Below, one piece after another: positions 47,805 through 56,783 of a stretch of DNA of 64,000 bases. Positions within the stretch are counted from its first letter, which is position 1; every line of letters starts with the position of its first letter. The translations under genes were made by a program, and so were the position numbers. The stretch comes from Bacteroidota bacterium (GTDB lineage: Bacteria > Bacteroidota > Bacteroidia > UKL13-3): assembly GCA_046314755.1 (NCBI GenBank), contig JBKDBG010000017.1, forward strand, positions 7,626 to 71,625, read 5' to 3'. Under the pieces are notes generated by a model, which searched no databases, was not told the origin of the DNA, and saw only the letters and a program-made list of their open reading frames with translations.

Positions 47805-50603
47805 TTAATGTTTTACCAATACTTTCTTCACTTCACTTGCGTGCGTATATTCAATTCTTAATAAATACATTCCATTGGTTACTTCACTTACATTGATATC
47901 GGCTATGTTATTATCAATTTCAGTTGATATGATTTCTTTTCCTGATAAATCAAGAAGGCTGATTTTTTTGATAGGCTGTTTGAGTGATTCAATAATTATT
48001 TTTTCATTGGCCGGGTTTGGAAACACATTGCTCATTCCGGTCATTGGCATTTCGGTTAAACCCACACTGCCGCTTGGTTTTGTGGTAAGTTTCACATCAG
48101 TAAACACCACATAATCTCCCGGTTGTAAGCTAATAGTTTGCCCCACATTGGTTACATTAATTGAATCACCGGTAATGTAATTATACCACCATCCGGTATG
48201 CTGAAAACCCGGAGTTAAATTAAGAGGAACCACATCAAAATTTCCTGCAATTACGGTATTCATGCTGTCGTGATTCACCTTAAGTACTTTACCTGTTCCG
48301 GCTACATCGTAGATGTAGTTATCCGATGAAAAAGAAACGTGTTGTTTCAACTTGGCAATCATACCAACTTGAGTAAGGGCAGCAACACGATCGGCATTGT
48401 TTAAGTAATCCCAGCGAAAGGGTTTATTGCCGGTTCTTCCATTGGTGTTAATAGAAACTTCGTATCCCAACTCTCCTCCTTGCCATAACATTTTTGGGCC
48501 TTTTAATGGTAACAACAATGCATGATAAGCAGCCACACGTTTTAAGGCATTGCTTAAGTTTTTTGTGCTATATCCGCCACTTGCATTGCCATAGGTTAAA
48601 GTAGAAAACATGATACGTTCTTCATCATGGCTTTCGGCATAGGTAATTAAGTTTGGAAAATTCCAGCCTCTGGCTTTGTAATTACCCCAACTTAAATTTG
48701 CTTTTGAATTGTTATAACCCATTGTTGCTTCTGCGTAAGCTTCAGTCATTTTACCCCACAACATAAAACCCATGTTTGCCAATACGGTTTCTTCCGAGTT
48801 ATCACCCAAATGCTCCAATATTAAATACGCATCAGGCGCATACTTAATAATTTCATTGCGTATTCTATTCCAAATATCTACTCGAGACTGATCGTAGGCA
48901 CTCCAGGCCCCAATATCACCAAGGGTGTTTTTTTGTGTGAATCCTTTTGATAAATCAAAACGATAACCATCAACTTTATACTCCGTCAACCAAAATTTAA
49001 TCACACGATCCGTAAATTCTTTTACTACTTGTGCTTCGTGGTTGTAGTCATAACCCACACCAAAAGGATGTTTATCTACTTGATTAAACCAAGGGTTTTG
49101 TGCCGTTGGCTGTCCGTACTGACCTGCCGTTGGATCAAAGTACATTCTTACCTGAGGATTTTGGCCAAACGAATGGTTTAATGCAATATCTAAAACAACC
49201 GCTATTCCGTTGGCATGACACTCATCTACGAACGCTTTAAAATCATTTTTTGTTCCGTAGTATTTGTCAATTGCGAAATAAAACATTGGATTGTAGCCCC
49301 AACTTTCATTCCCTTCAAACTCCATAATAGGCATAATTTTTACGCAGTTGGCACCAACTCTTTTTAAATAACTGATGGTGTCTTTTAGGGTTTTAAAATC
49401 ATGTTTGCCAATAAAATCACGAACCAATAATTCATAAATTACCAGTTTATCATTTAATGGCTTTACAAAGTTGTTTGTTTTCCAAGTATAAGCAGGTTCA
49501 CCTATTTGCAGTACCGAAACAACTTCAGTTGTTTTTCCAACCGGATACGGTTTTAAATTCGGATATGTTTCAGGAGTAATCCAACCATCATTCCAAGGAT
49601 CAAGAACTTTTTCGGCATATACATCAGCCACTTTTAATTGCACATCATCAATTGAATATTGAAAAGCATATTCTACTCCTTTTGTTAATCCTGATATGGT
49701 AATCCAATATCGGCTTCCGTCAGGAGTACGCTTCATTAAATAGTTGGGATGAAATTCCCAATTATTAAAATCACCAATTACATAAACAAAGTTTTTAAAC
49801 GGAGCAAAAAGCTGTAAGGTTACGGAAGAATCATTAATATAATTTATTCCATCAATAACACCTGATGGTGATGTTGCAATAGCAGGGTTTAATCTTGGCA
49901 TGATGTAAGACGTATCATATGATTTTGTGCCATTTAAATTTCCTTCCAACACCAAATTAACGCGCGTATTTCCAAAACCCAACGCAGTGTTTTTATACGT
50001 TAATGAGGTGGAATTATTCGCTTGTGCAACTTGCACCCCATTGGCAAACAAGGTTAATGTTGAAGGGGCAGAAGCTCCGGCAGAAACAGTGAACGAATCG
50101 GTTGGGTTAAAAAAACTGCCTTTTTGTGGGACGTTTATTTTCGCTTGATAAGTACCTTGGTTAATGTCTACAAAAATATCTCCGCCACCACTTGTTTTTC
50201 CTGTTTTGCTTCCATCGGCATTTCTGAACACAAACGCTAATCTTAACACGGTTTCATTGGCAGGAATTCCATAAAACGAGCGAATATTTCCAATTGTTAA
50301 AGTATATCTGTTGGTGTTACCTATTCGTGTTAGTAAAGCTTTAGGCAAATTGGTTGTCCATGGCGCAATTACATACCTCCAATCTGAACCGGAAGTGCTG
50401 GCAGAGGTAATTACTCCCGAATGTGCATAAATGGTACTCTGACCCAATAAAGCAGCGTTGCCTAATGAGGCATCAAAAGTAATAACAACATTATTATCAT
50501 TGGCCGTTGCAAACGCAGGGCTAATAGAAATAAGTTGTGCAGAAACACGGTAAGTAACCGAAAAAAATAATACAAAGGCTATTAATTTATTTTTCATATG
50601 CAT
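47805..50603 (-). CDS. GH13 alpha-amylase family enzyme with an N-terminal CBM48-like domain and a T9SS C-terminal sorting domain
   Basis: A 932-aa ORF. All four GH13 conserved regions are present: VVLDIALNHS (I), VDGYRFDLSKGF (II), LILEHLGD (III) and YAESHDEERI (IV). FVYVIGDFNNWEF...RYWITISGLTKGVEYAFQYSID fits the CBM48/E-set pattern. The C-terminus VFPNPANEKIIIESL...GMYLLRIEYTHASEVKKVLVKH is a T9SS CTD. Confidence 0.9.
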   Translation of the reverse strand: MHMKNKLIAFVLFFSVTYRVSAQLISISPAFATANDNNVVITFDASLGNAALLGQSTIYAHSGVITSASTSGSDWRYVIAPWTTNLPKALLTRIGNTNRYTLTIGNIRSFYGIPANETVLRLAFVFRNADGSKTGKTSGGGDIFVDINQGTYQAKINVPQKGSFFNPTDSFTVSAGASAPSTLTLFANGVQVAQANNSTSLTYKNTALGFGNTRVNLVLEGNLNGTKSYDTSYIMPRLNPAIATSPSGVIDGINYINDSSVTLQLFAPFKNFVYVIGDFNNWEFHPNYLMKRTPDGSRYWITISGLTKGVEYAFQYSIDDVQLKVADVYAEKVLDPWNDGWITPETYPNLKPYPVGKTTEVVSVLQIGEPAYTWKTNNFVKPLNDKLVIYELLVRDFIGKHDFKTLKDTISYLKRVGANCVKIMPIMEFEGNESWGYNPMFYFAIDKYYGTKNDFKAFVDECHANGIAVVLDIALNHSFGQNPQVRMYFDPTAGQYGQPTAQNPWFNQVDKHPFGVGYDYNHEAQVVKEFTDRVIKFWLTEYKVDGYRFDLSKGFTQKNTLGDIGAWSAYDQSRVDIWNRIRNEIIKYAPDAYLILEHLGDNSEETVLANMGFMLWGKMTEAYAEATMGYNNSKANLSWGNYKARGWNFPNLITYAESHDEERIMFSTLTYGNASGGYSTKNLSNALKRVAAYHALLLPLKGPKMLWQGGELGYEVSINTNGRTGNKPFRWDYLNNADRVAALTQVGMIAKLKQHVSFSSDNYIYDVAGTGKVLKVNHDSMNTVIAGNFDVVPLNLTPGFQHTGWWYNYITGDSINVTNVGQTISLQPGDYVVFTDVKLTTKPSGSVGLTEMPMTGMSNVFPNPANEKIIIESLKQPIKKISLLDLSGKEIISTEIDNNIADINVSEVTNGMYLLRIEYTHASEVKKVLVKH

Positions 50604-50882
50604 GGTTTTGTTTACTGTTTTAAAAAAGCAGTAAGTGTAAAATTAACACTTATTCACAGAAACACAAACTTTTGTGATGATTTCATCAATAAATTATAAG
50701 GTCTTTTTGCTTGTTTTATAAAATGGCAATCACCCTTTTTGTTGAACACAGATTAAACAGCGGCTACAGAAAAGGGATTATTAGAATTTTGCTTGGTTCA
50801 AATGCTGGGCAACCATTCTTTATGAATAATTTCCATGAGGGATATCTGGTGATGATTGTCAACAACAAAGGACCTGCACTTA

Positions 50883-53588
50883 CTATTGTTTTTGTACCTT
50901 TTTACGGAAAATGGTTTTATTCTTGTACTCCAACTCCAACACATACAAACCGTCCGGCAAATGTTTTGTGTGAAGCAGATACCCGTCTCCGTTTTCTTGA
51001 ACATCAACGGTTACTAATTTGCCAACCATATTATACAGCCGCAATTTGGATGAAGGAGGAACATTCGCAATTTGCAGCGCATCACCAAACGGATGAGGGA
51101 AAAACAATACTTTATGATTTTCTTCTTCCAACAAACCGGTGCTATTGCTCACCACAAATCGCCATTGGTTTGACGAGTTAAATCCTGCAAAAGGGTTGTT
51201 AGCCAAATCTTTTACAGCCGCTTGATCAACGAGTACATATACTTCGACTCCCGGAGTAAACCCTGCATGGTTAATCGTAAGTACACTCCCTGAAACCAAT
51301 ACATTACTTGATGCAACCGGATAGGTATACTTTAATTCGTTATTTTCAAAAATTTGTATGTTACCCGTTCCTTTGATAATGTTTTCTGAAAAGGTAATGC
51401 TTAGCGCTGCAACACTCGAAACATTTAAAGCCGCATTTAAAGGACTTAAACTGCTTACCGTTGGCGCTTGCGTATCTGATTGGCCATTGCCCAACGCTGT
51501 TTTATAATCTTGGCTGCCATTATTATCCCACGTACCATTTCCATTGTGAAAGGCTGCACAAAAATTAACTCTTGCATTAGCAGGAACCATAACCGTTGTG
51601 GTCCAAACGTTGCCGGATTTTACCATGGCCTTATCTTGAACTCCGCCCACGGTCCAATTGTCCCAACTGTAATGCATCAACACTTGTGACTGGCTGGCCA
51701 AACTACCCGAATAAGTGATGGTTAAGTTTTGTGTGGGTGCCGGATTTTGAGGAACAAAAGTTACGGCTGAACTTCCTCCGCCACCACCCGAACTGCTGTT
51801 TTGAAAAAACCCTTCACCTAAAGCGCCAATCAACCCCGGGCCATTTAATAGGTATACTCCGGCACTTCCGGGTTGAACGACAAAGGATAAATTTCCGCTG
51901 CTTACTGTAATGGCGTGTCCGGTAACAGCATCTCGATAGGTACCATTGCTTAATCCCGAAAAATTAAACGTAACCGCACCATCTTTTGCTAAGCCAACAG
52001 CAACTTCGCTTGACCCAAATTTTCGCACAAAGCCCACTCCGTTTGAACTGTTTGTTCCATCCCAACGCCAAGACCCTTTTTGCAAAGCAGGAATCGCCTT
52101 TCTAATGGCATTCAGTTTTCTGATGTGTTTGTAAATTTGGTGATTGGGGGCATTGGCAATTTCGTTTCCAAAATAAGCTCGGCCGGTATTGTCAATGGAA
52201 AAATTGATGTCGTTAGAGGAATGAATATCAGCATAGGCTCCTTTTTTAAATTGCACTTCGGTGCCATAATATACACAAGGCAACCCTCTCCAAAAAAACA
52301 TAAAGTTTAATGCGGCTGCCAGGTTCTGCGCGTCACCATCATAACGTTTGTTCCAATCGTTATTCGGACCAAAATCATGGTTATCCAAAAACATCACATT
52401 GGTTGATGGGTCAGCATATAAATCATCATAAAGTGCCGCTGATTTTACGTTTGAAAACGCTTCGCCTTTACCAAACAAATGAAAGGTTCCCATGGCAAAA
52501 AAATCGAGAACAGCGATATTACTTGAAGGAGAGTTTTTAGTTTGTCCGCGCCAAGTATACCAATGTGGATTTATTTCTTCTATTTGATGTAACTCATGTC
52601 GCTTTTGTGCCACTTCAGCAAATACCATTAGGTTTGGATTAACTTGTCGAAAGCGATCAACAAAATACAATACATCTCTTTTAGGCATGTGTTTTACGGC
52701 ATCTAAACGCATACCATCAATTCCCATATCGATAAATGTTTTGTATGCATTAAACAAGTAATTACGAACACTGTCTCCACCCGTTAGTAAATCGGGAGTA
52801 TCTCCGGCTAATGCACGGTAATATAAATTGGTAGTATCATCATATCCTTGCGCAAACCCATTACCCGACTTGTTGTACCAAGCAGCATCGCTGGTGGTTA
52901 CATAACTTTCCATGCTTGGCCAGTTAAATGCGGCAAGGTTTTGGTTAAATGGAGGCGGCATTTTAGCCAGGTTAGATCTACTCCATATTTTACCATCCAT
53001 TGGGTTGGGCGTGAGCCCGTCATATTGCCACAATGGATTATCTTGCAATGGCTGACCCATTAAGTTTTTGCCCCATGGCTGGTTCGGGTCGGTGTTGTAT
53101 TTAATTTCTGCTTTGCCTTTAATGCCAAATCTTCCGGCATGGTTTAATACAACATCCAAAAACACCTTTATCCCCTTGGCGTGAGCTGAATCAATAAGAT
53201 TTTTAAACGTGTAGCCGGGTGATTCTAAACGCGGGTCTACTTTGGTAAAATCCCATGCATGATAACCATGGTAATCAAGCGGGCTTCTATTTTGTACAAT
53301 GGGCGTAATCCAAATGGCGGTAAAACCCATGTCTTTGATATAATCTAATTTTTGAACCAGCCCCTTAAAATCGCCTTTCCAAGTCACATCATTTACGCCT
53401 GCATAATTAGCATTATTAGGATTACCGGGGAAATAAGAACACCATTCGGTTGGACGGTTATTGGTTGGATCACCATCGAAAAAACGGGTGGTGAGTAAAA
53501 AGTAAATGGTTTCCTCTCTGATATCGGATTGAGGATACACAGAAAAAGATATTGTAAGCAAACAAAGCGCTGTAAATAATTTTCTCAT
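50883..53588 (-). CDS. GH13 alpha-amylase with a C-terminal CBM25/26-like starch-binding domain, an Ig-like domain and a T9SS C-terminal sorting domain
   Basis: A 901-aa ORF with signal peptide MRKLFTALCLLTISFSVYPQ. The GH13 regions are FLDVVLNHAG (I), GIDGMRLDAVKHMP (II), MVFAEVAQ (III) and FLDNHDFG (IV). LTITYSGSLASQSQVLMHYSWDNWT...GNGTWDNNGSQDYK resembles the Bacillus-type starch-binding modules. The C-terminus FFPHPFGDALQIANV...GLYVLELEYKNKTIFRKKVQKQ is a T9SS CTD. Confidence 0.9.
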   Translation of the reverse strand: MRKLFTALCLLTISFSVYPQSDIREETIYFLLTTRFFDGDPTNNRPTEWCSYFPGNPNNANYAGVNDVTWKGDFKGLVQKLDYIKDMGFTAIWITPIVQNRSPLDYHGYHAWDFTKVDPRLESPGYTFKNLIDSAHAKGIKVFLDVVLNHAGRFGIKGKAEIKYNTDPNQPWGKNLMGQPLQDNPLWQYDGLTPNPMDGKIWSRSNLAKMPPPFNQNLAAFNWPSMESYVTTSDAAWYNKSGNGFAQGYDDTTNLYYRALAGDTPDLLTGGDSVRNYLFNAYKTFIDMGIDGMRLDAVKHMPKRDVLYFVDRFRQVNPNLMVFAEVAQKRHELHQIEEINPHWYTWRGQTKNSPSSNIAVLDFFAMGTFHLFGKGEAFSNVKSAALYDDLYADPSTNVMFLDNHDFGPNNDWNKRYDGDAQNLAAALNFMFFWRGLPCVYYGTEVQFKKGAYADIHSSNDINFSIDNTGRAYFGNEIANAPNHQIYKHIRKLNAIRKAIPALQKGSWRWDGTNSSNGVGFVRKFGSSEVAVGLAKDGAVTFNFSGLSNGTYRDAVTGHAITVSSGNLSFVVQPGSAGVYLLNGPGLIGALGEGFFQNSSSGGGGGSSAVTFVPQNPAPTQNLTITYSGSLASQSQVLMHYSWDNWTVGGVQDKAMVKSGNVWTTTVMVPANARVNFCAAFHNGNGTWDNNGSQDYKTALGNGQSDTQAPTVSSLSPLNAALNVSSVAALSITFSENIIKGTGNIQIFENNELKYTYPVASSNVLVSGSVLTINHAGFTPGVEVYVLVDQAAVKDLANNPFAGFNSSNQWRFVVSNSTGLLEEENHKVLFFPHPFGDALQIANVPPSSKLRLYNMVGKLVTVDVQENGDGYLLHTKHLPDGLYVLELEYKNKTIFRKKVQKQ

Positions 53589-53860
53589 TACTCAAATATA
53601 TCATAACCGATTTTGAAAATTACAACAGTAATTGTAAAAAATACACTTAATAGACTAATTGGCGTTTATCGGAGGTCAATTTTGAATACATGATTGTTTT
53701 TTTAAAACAGATTACACTTCTGGGCTAATTAACTACACACATTGTTTTTAATTGAATAAAACAAACAATGACATTTTTTTATATAAAACACAATCACTAA
53801 AGCGCTACTTTTCCAAATAGGTCAGCACCCATTTCTTTAAACAACTAAAGCTCTCTCAAC

Positions 53861-53900
53861 AAAAAAGCTGCTTAATATATTAAACAGCTTTTTTGTTTTA
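53861..53900 (-). terminator. Strong bidirectional rho-independent terminator downstream of the 406-aa lipoprotein gene and upstream of the amylase gene
   Basis: AAAAAAGCTG (53861-53870) pairs with CAGCTTTTTT (53885-53894) as a perfect 10-bp stem. The loop CTTAATATATTAAA is itself palindromic. There is an A-run on one side and a T-run (TTTTTTGTTTT) on the other. Confidence 0.6.
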
Positions 53901-53995
53901 TGACCATGACTTCATTGCGTAACCGAAAATCTTGCCTAACCAACTTTACTTTGGCGTTTAGTTTTTCACCAAAAAGAAAACAGCAATAAAAAACA

Positions 53996-55216
53996 TTACG
54001 GGTTAAAAACCCCGGTTATAACCGGAAAATAATTGGTAAAGAGTATCTTTTTATTCGGTAATGGCTCAATATCAATAAAGCTAACCGGTGTTTTGTATTC
54101 AACATAGTTTACTGTGTTTAAATCGCTTGTTATGTAAATTGTTTTTTCAAACCTAAAAGCAAAATAAAAACCATTAACCGTTACGTATACATCGGGTATT
54201 GACCCGGAAGAATGTTTGGGTATTAAGCCAATTTTCACCCAGTTGTTTATGCCATTGATAGATGAATAGATATTTTGATTACCAACCAAATAGTGTTTGC
54301 CGTTTATTTTGGTTACAAACGTTGCCGGCTCCGGCAAACTAAATGTGTTATATGTGGTTGATGTATCAGTTGCAAAGGCATATCCATTACTCCCACCATA
54401 GGCAATAAAACCATTGGCTTGTTGTATAATGTTTGTTGCCCTTATGTTATAAAATAATTCTTCATTCCCATTGGGTAAAATACGTCCTATTGCAAACGCA
54501 TCATTGCTGTAAACCAATGTTTTTCTAAACAGTGCAAGTTTGGAAGCACCAAACTGAAGTGGAATAGTTTGTGCTTGGTTTGTGCTCGTATTCAACACAA
54601 TTGCCCTTGCTTGCGTTCTAATAAAAAGCAGTTCTCCCTCATCACTTATTCCATCTAAAAAGGCTCCCGTTCTTATGGCTGAATAATCTATGGGCTCAAG
54701 TTGATTGGTGTTTAAGTTGAATAAAAATCCGTTTGCTGAATAATACTTACCTGCATTAAAATCAAATACCGATGTAAGACCCAATGGACTTGCTATTAAA
54801 AAATCATACGTTACCGGTTTGCTTACCACATTAACCGTAAGATAAGCCGGCTTAGCTCTTTTTGTTCCGTTTAAAAATAATTGCACGGCTACTTTTATTG
54901 TGCCGGGTTTTTGTGGCGCAACAAACCGAATTGAAGGATGAATTCCTGCGAAAGAATAGGCAGAATCGTTGGTGTTATTTTCTACAACAGTTACTGTATA
55001 ATTGGTTTCGTAATCAAAGCCCGGATCAAAGGGTTGGTTATCTTTTAATATAGTTACATCTACTTCTGATTCTTCTCCGGCATTAACCGAAATCTCCGTT
55101 TGGCTCAGTTGAAGTTGAAACACATCAGGACCCTGCTTTTCCACCTCCTCCGTTTTTTTACATGAGGCAGCAATCAATAATAGGCTAAAAAATACAAAAT
55201 AATAATGGCGTTTCAT
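53996..55216 (-). CDS. Lipoprotein with an N-terminal Ig-like domain and a BNR/Ycf48-like beta-propeller region
   Basis: A 406-aa ORF. The N-terminus MKRHYYFVFFSLLLIAASCKK is a lipoprotein signal with Cys. It carries S.NG..NW-type Asp-box-like motifs (YSSINGINNWVKI). It is paralogous in layout to the adjacent 434-aa protein. Confidence 0.7.
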   Translation of the reverse strand: MKRHYYFVFFSLLLIAASCKKTEEVEKQGPDVFQLQLSQTEISVNAGEESEVDVTILKDNQPFDPGFDYETNYTVTVVENNTNDSAYSFAGIHPSIRFVAPQKPGTIKVAVQLFLNGTKRAKPAYLTVNVVSKPVTYDFLIASPLGLTSVFDFNAGKYYSANGFLFNLNTNQLEPIDYSAIRTGAFLDGISDEGELLFIRTQARAIVLNTSTNQAQTIPLQFGASKLALFRKTLVYSNDAFAIGRILPNGNEELFYNIRATNIIQQANGFIAYGGSNGYAFATDTSTTYNTFSLPEPATFVTKINGKHYLVGNQNIYSSINGINNWVKIGLIPKHSSGSIPDVYVTVNGFYFAFRFEKTIYITSDLNTVNYVEYKTPVSFIDIEPLPNKKILFTNYFPVITGVFNP

Positions 55217-55221
55217 GTTGT

Positions 55222-56526
55222 TTATGGTTTTTTAAATGATACATATCCCGACTCGTTTTTTATGCACAAATAATTATTGATGCACGACCAATTTTTGGTT
55301 AATCCAAGGGGGTCAATATCCGGTTTAAACTCGGATAAGGTTAGTTCGGTTAAGCTTGTTCCTATGTACATATTAACCCGCCTATAGAAACGGCTGTTTG
55401 TGGCAGCAAACACATAGTACATGTTGTTTTGCTTGATTACATCAAACACTTGAAATTCATTTGGCAATGGCACATTACCAATCAATGATAATGTTCCATT
55501 TTCAAAGCGATATATTTCTTTTTTACCAAATGAATAAATGGTGTTCCCTTCTTTATATAAATAATCCGCAAACACATTCAGGTTTTGTTTAACCAAAACG
55601 GTATCGTTTACAGATGAAGAACTGTACAACAAACCATCAAAAGTGTGTACATACAATTTGTTATTATTGTCTACCACAAGTCCGGTAGCGCCTTTAACGG
55701 TGGACCATAGCGAATAGGAATATGTGCCATTATTATTAACAACAAGTTTGATAATACCAAAGTCGTTTGATAATAAAAATTCATTTTCAGAAAGCTGCCC
55801 AACATAACTCCAAATATTAACAACCGTTTTCCAGTTTGCGCCTTGGTCGTTAGAAATATTAATGGTGTTTCCTTTGGTGTAAAAAATACTGCCGGAGGGT
55901 TTATGATAAAAATTAAATGGTTTATTCATTAAGCTTAAACTTAGATTAGTGCCGTCTTCGTTAGGCGAGTATGGAGAAAAATACTCCCACGTTAATCCAA
56001 GGTTGGTTGTTTTATACACGCCCCCATATCCCACAAACAAACAGGTTTGGTCTTCTAGGTGCAAAATGTTTCCATACGCATTAAAACAATTTGGCTCAAA
56101 GCCTTCCGGATTTTGAATAACGTTTATTTCCGTTTCAACAGAAGTTATACGCTCTTTTGATTCAGCATCAATTAGCCAAATAGCAATACGCTGTTTGCCG
56201 ATTTTTTCTCCTGTATAACAAAACAAACTAAAGGATCCATCGGGGTTTTCGATTAACCTTACCGGAGCTTTTTCTTGATTAGGTAAATCTAATGTACAGT
56301 TGTTTGCAACAACTTCAAACAAAAAATTGGTGCTGCTCAGCGGGAGAGTTTCGCCTGCTTGCATTATTCTTACCACAATTGGTGTGGTGCTGTATTGTCC
56401 GTTAAATTCATTGGTGTTGTTCGGTTGAACAATTTCAAGCTTAACATTGGGAATAACGGTTTTGGTTTCTTTTTTACAGGATGCAATAACAACTATTGCA
56501 ACCATGGTGAAAAATGTTATACGCAT
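55222..56526 (-). CDS. Lipoprotein with BNR/Asp-box-like repeats (beta-propeller)
   Basis: A 434-aa ORF. The N-terminus MRITFFTMVAIVVIASCKK is a lipobox. It has Asp-box-like motifs TTNLGLTWE and SNDQGANWKTV (S/TxDxGxxW). Confidence 0.7.
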   Translation of the reverse strand: MRITFFTMVAIVVIASCKKETKTVIPNVKLEIVQPNNTNEFNGQYSTTPIVVRIMQAGETLPLSSTNFLFEVVANNCTLDLPNQEKAPVRLIENPDGSFSLFCYTGEKIGKQRIAIWLIDAESKERITSVETEINVIQNPEGFEPNCFNAYGNILHLEDQTCLFVGYGGVYKTTNLGLTWEYFSPYSPNEDGTNLSLSLMNKPFNFYHKPSGSIFYTKGNTINISNDQGANWKTVVNIWSYVGQLSENEFLLSNDFGIIKLVVNNNGTYSYSLWSTVKGATGLVVDNNNKLYVHTFDGLLYSSSSVNDTVLVKQNLNVFADYLYKEGNTIYSFGKKEIYRFENGTLSLIGNVPLPNEFQVFDVIKQNNMYYVFAATNSRFYRRVNMYIGTSLTELTLSEFKPDIDPLGLTKNWSCINNYLCIKNESGYVSFKKP

Positions 56527-56613
56527 GATTGCAATAAAAATAAATATTACAAATCGTACAAATTTTTGATGAAAAAGCTGTAATCATTTAAGCGTGAATA
56601 GTGGTTATATTCT

Positions 56614-56624
56614 CCCCCCCCCCC
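56614..56624. repeat. Homopolymeric poly-C (C11) tract in the divergent intergenic region between the 434-aa lipoprotein gene and the PQQ-dehydrogenase lipoprotein gene
   Basis: The sequence is TTCTCCCCCCCCCCCGCAAAT. There are 11 consecutive C (G on the other strand) at 56614-56624, about 88 nt upstream of the minus-strand start at 56526 and about 160 nt upstream of the plus-strand start at 56784. Confidence 0.9.
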
Positions 56625-56783
56625 GCAAATGGCAATGAAATATGTTTGTGACATAATGAACAAATAGAAAATAACAATAATGATGCTGTTAAATTCGAGC
56701 CAAGAACCTGTTTATTGCAATTTGAAAAACGACATTTGAATTCTTTTGTTGTTATTGTTGGATTACGCTTAACCAAATTTTAA

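Noticed and set aside
50711-51181. A 156-aa plus-strand ORF spanning the 901-aa/932-aa intergenic region into the amylase gene
   Set aside because: It overlaps the 3' end of the GH13 gene on the opposite strand and has no signal or motif. Part of the region is more likely the promoter of the 932-aa operon.
53999-54017. Small GGGTT-AAA-AACCC hairpin near the 3' end of the 406-aa gene
   Set aside because: It is only a 5-bp stem lying at or inside the coding end. The strong terminator at 53861-53900 already explains termination.
56588-56776. A 62-aa minus-strand ORF covering the poly-C tract
   Set aside because: It is a short ORF with no features in a divergent promoter region. The poly-C tract is better interpreted as a non-coding repeat.
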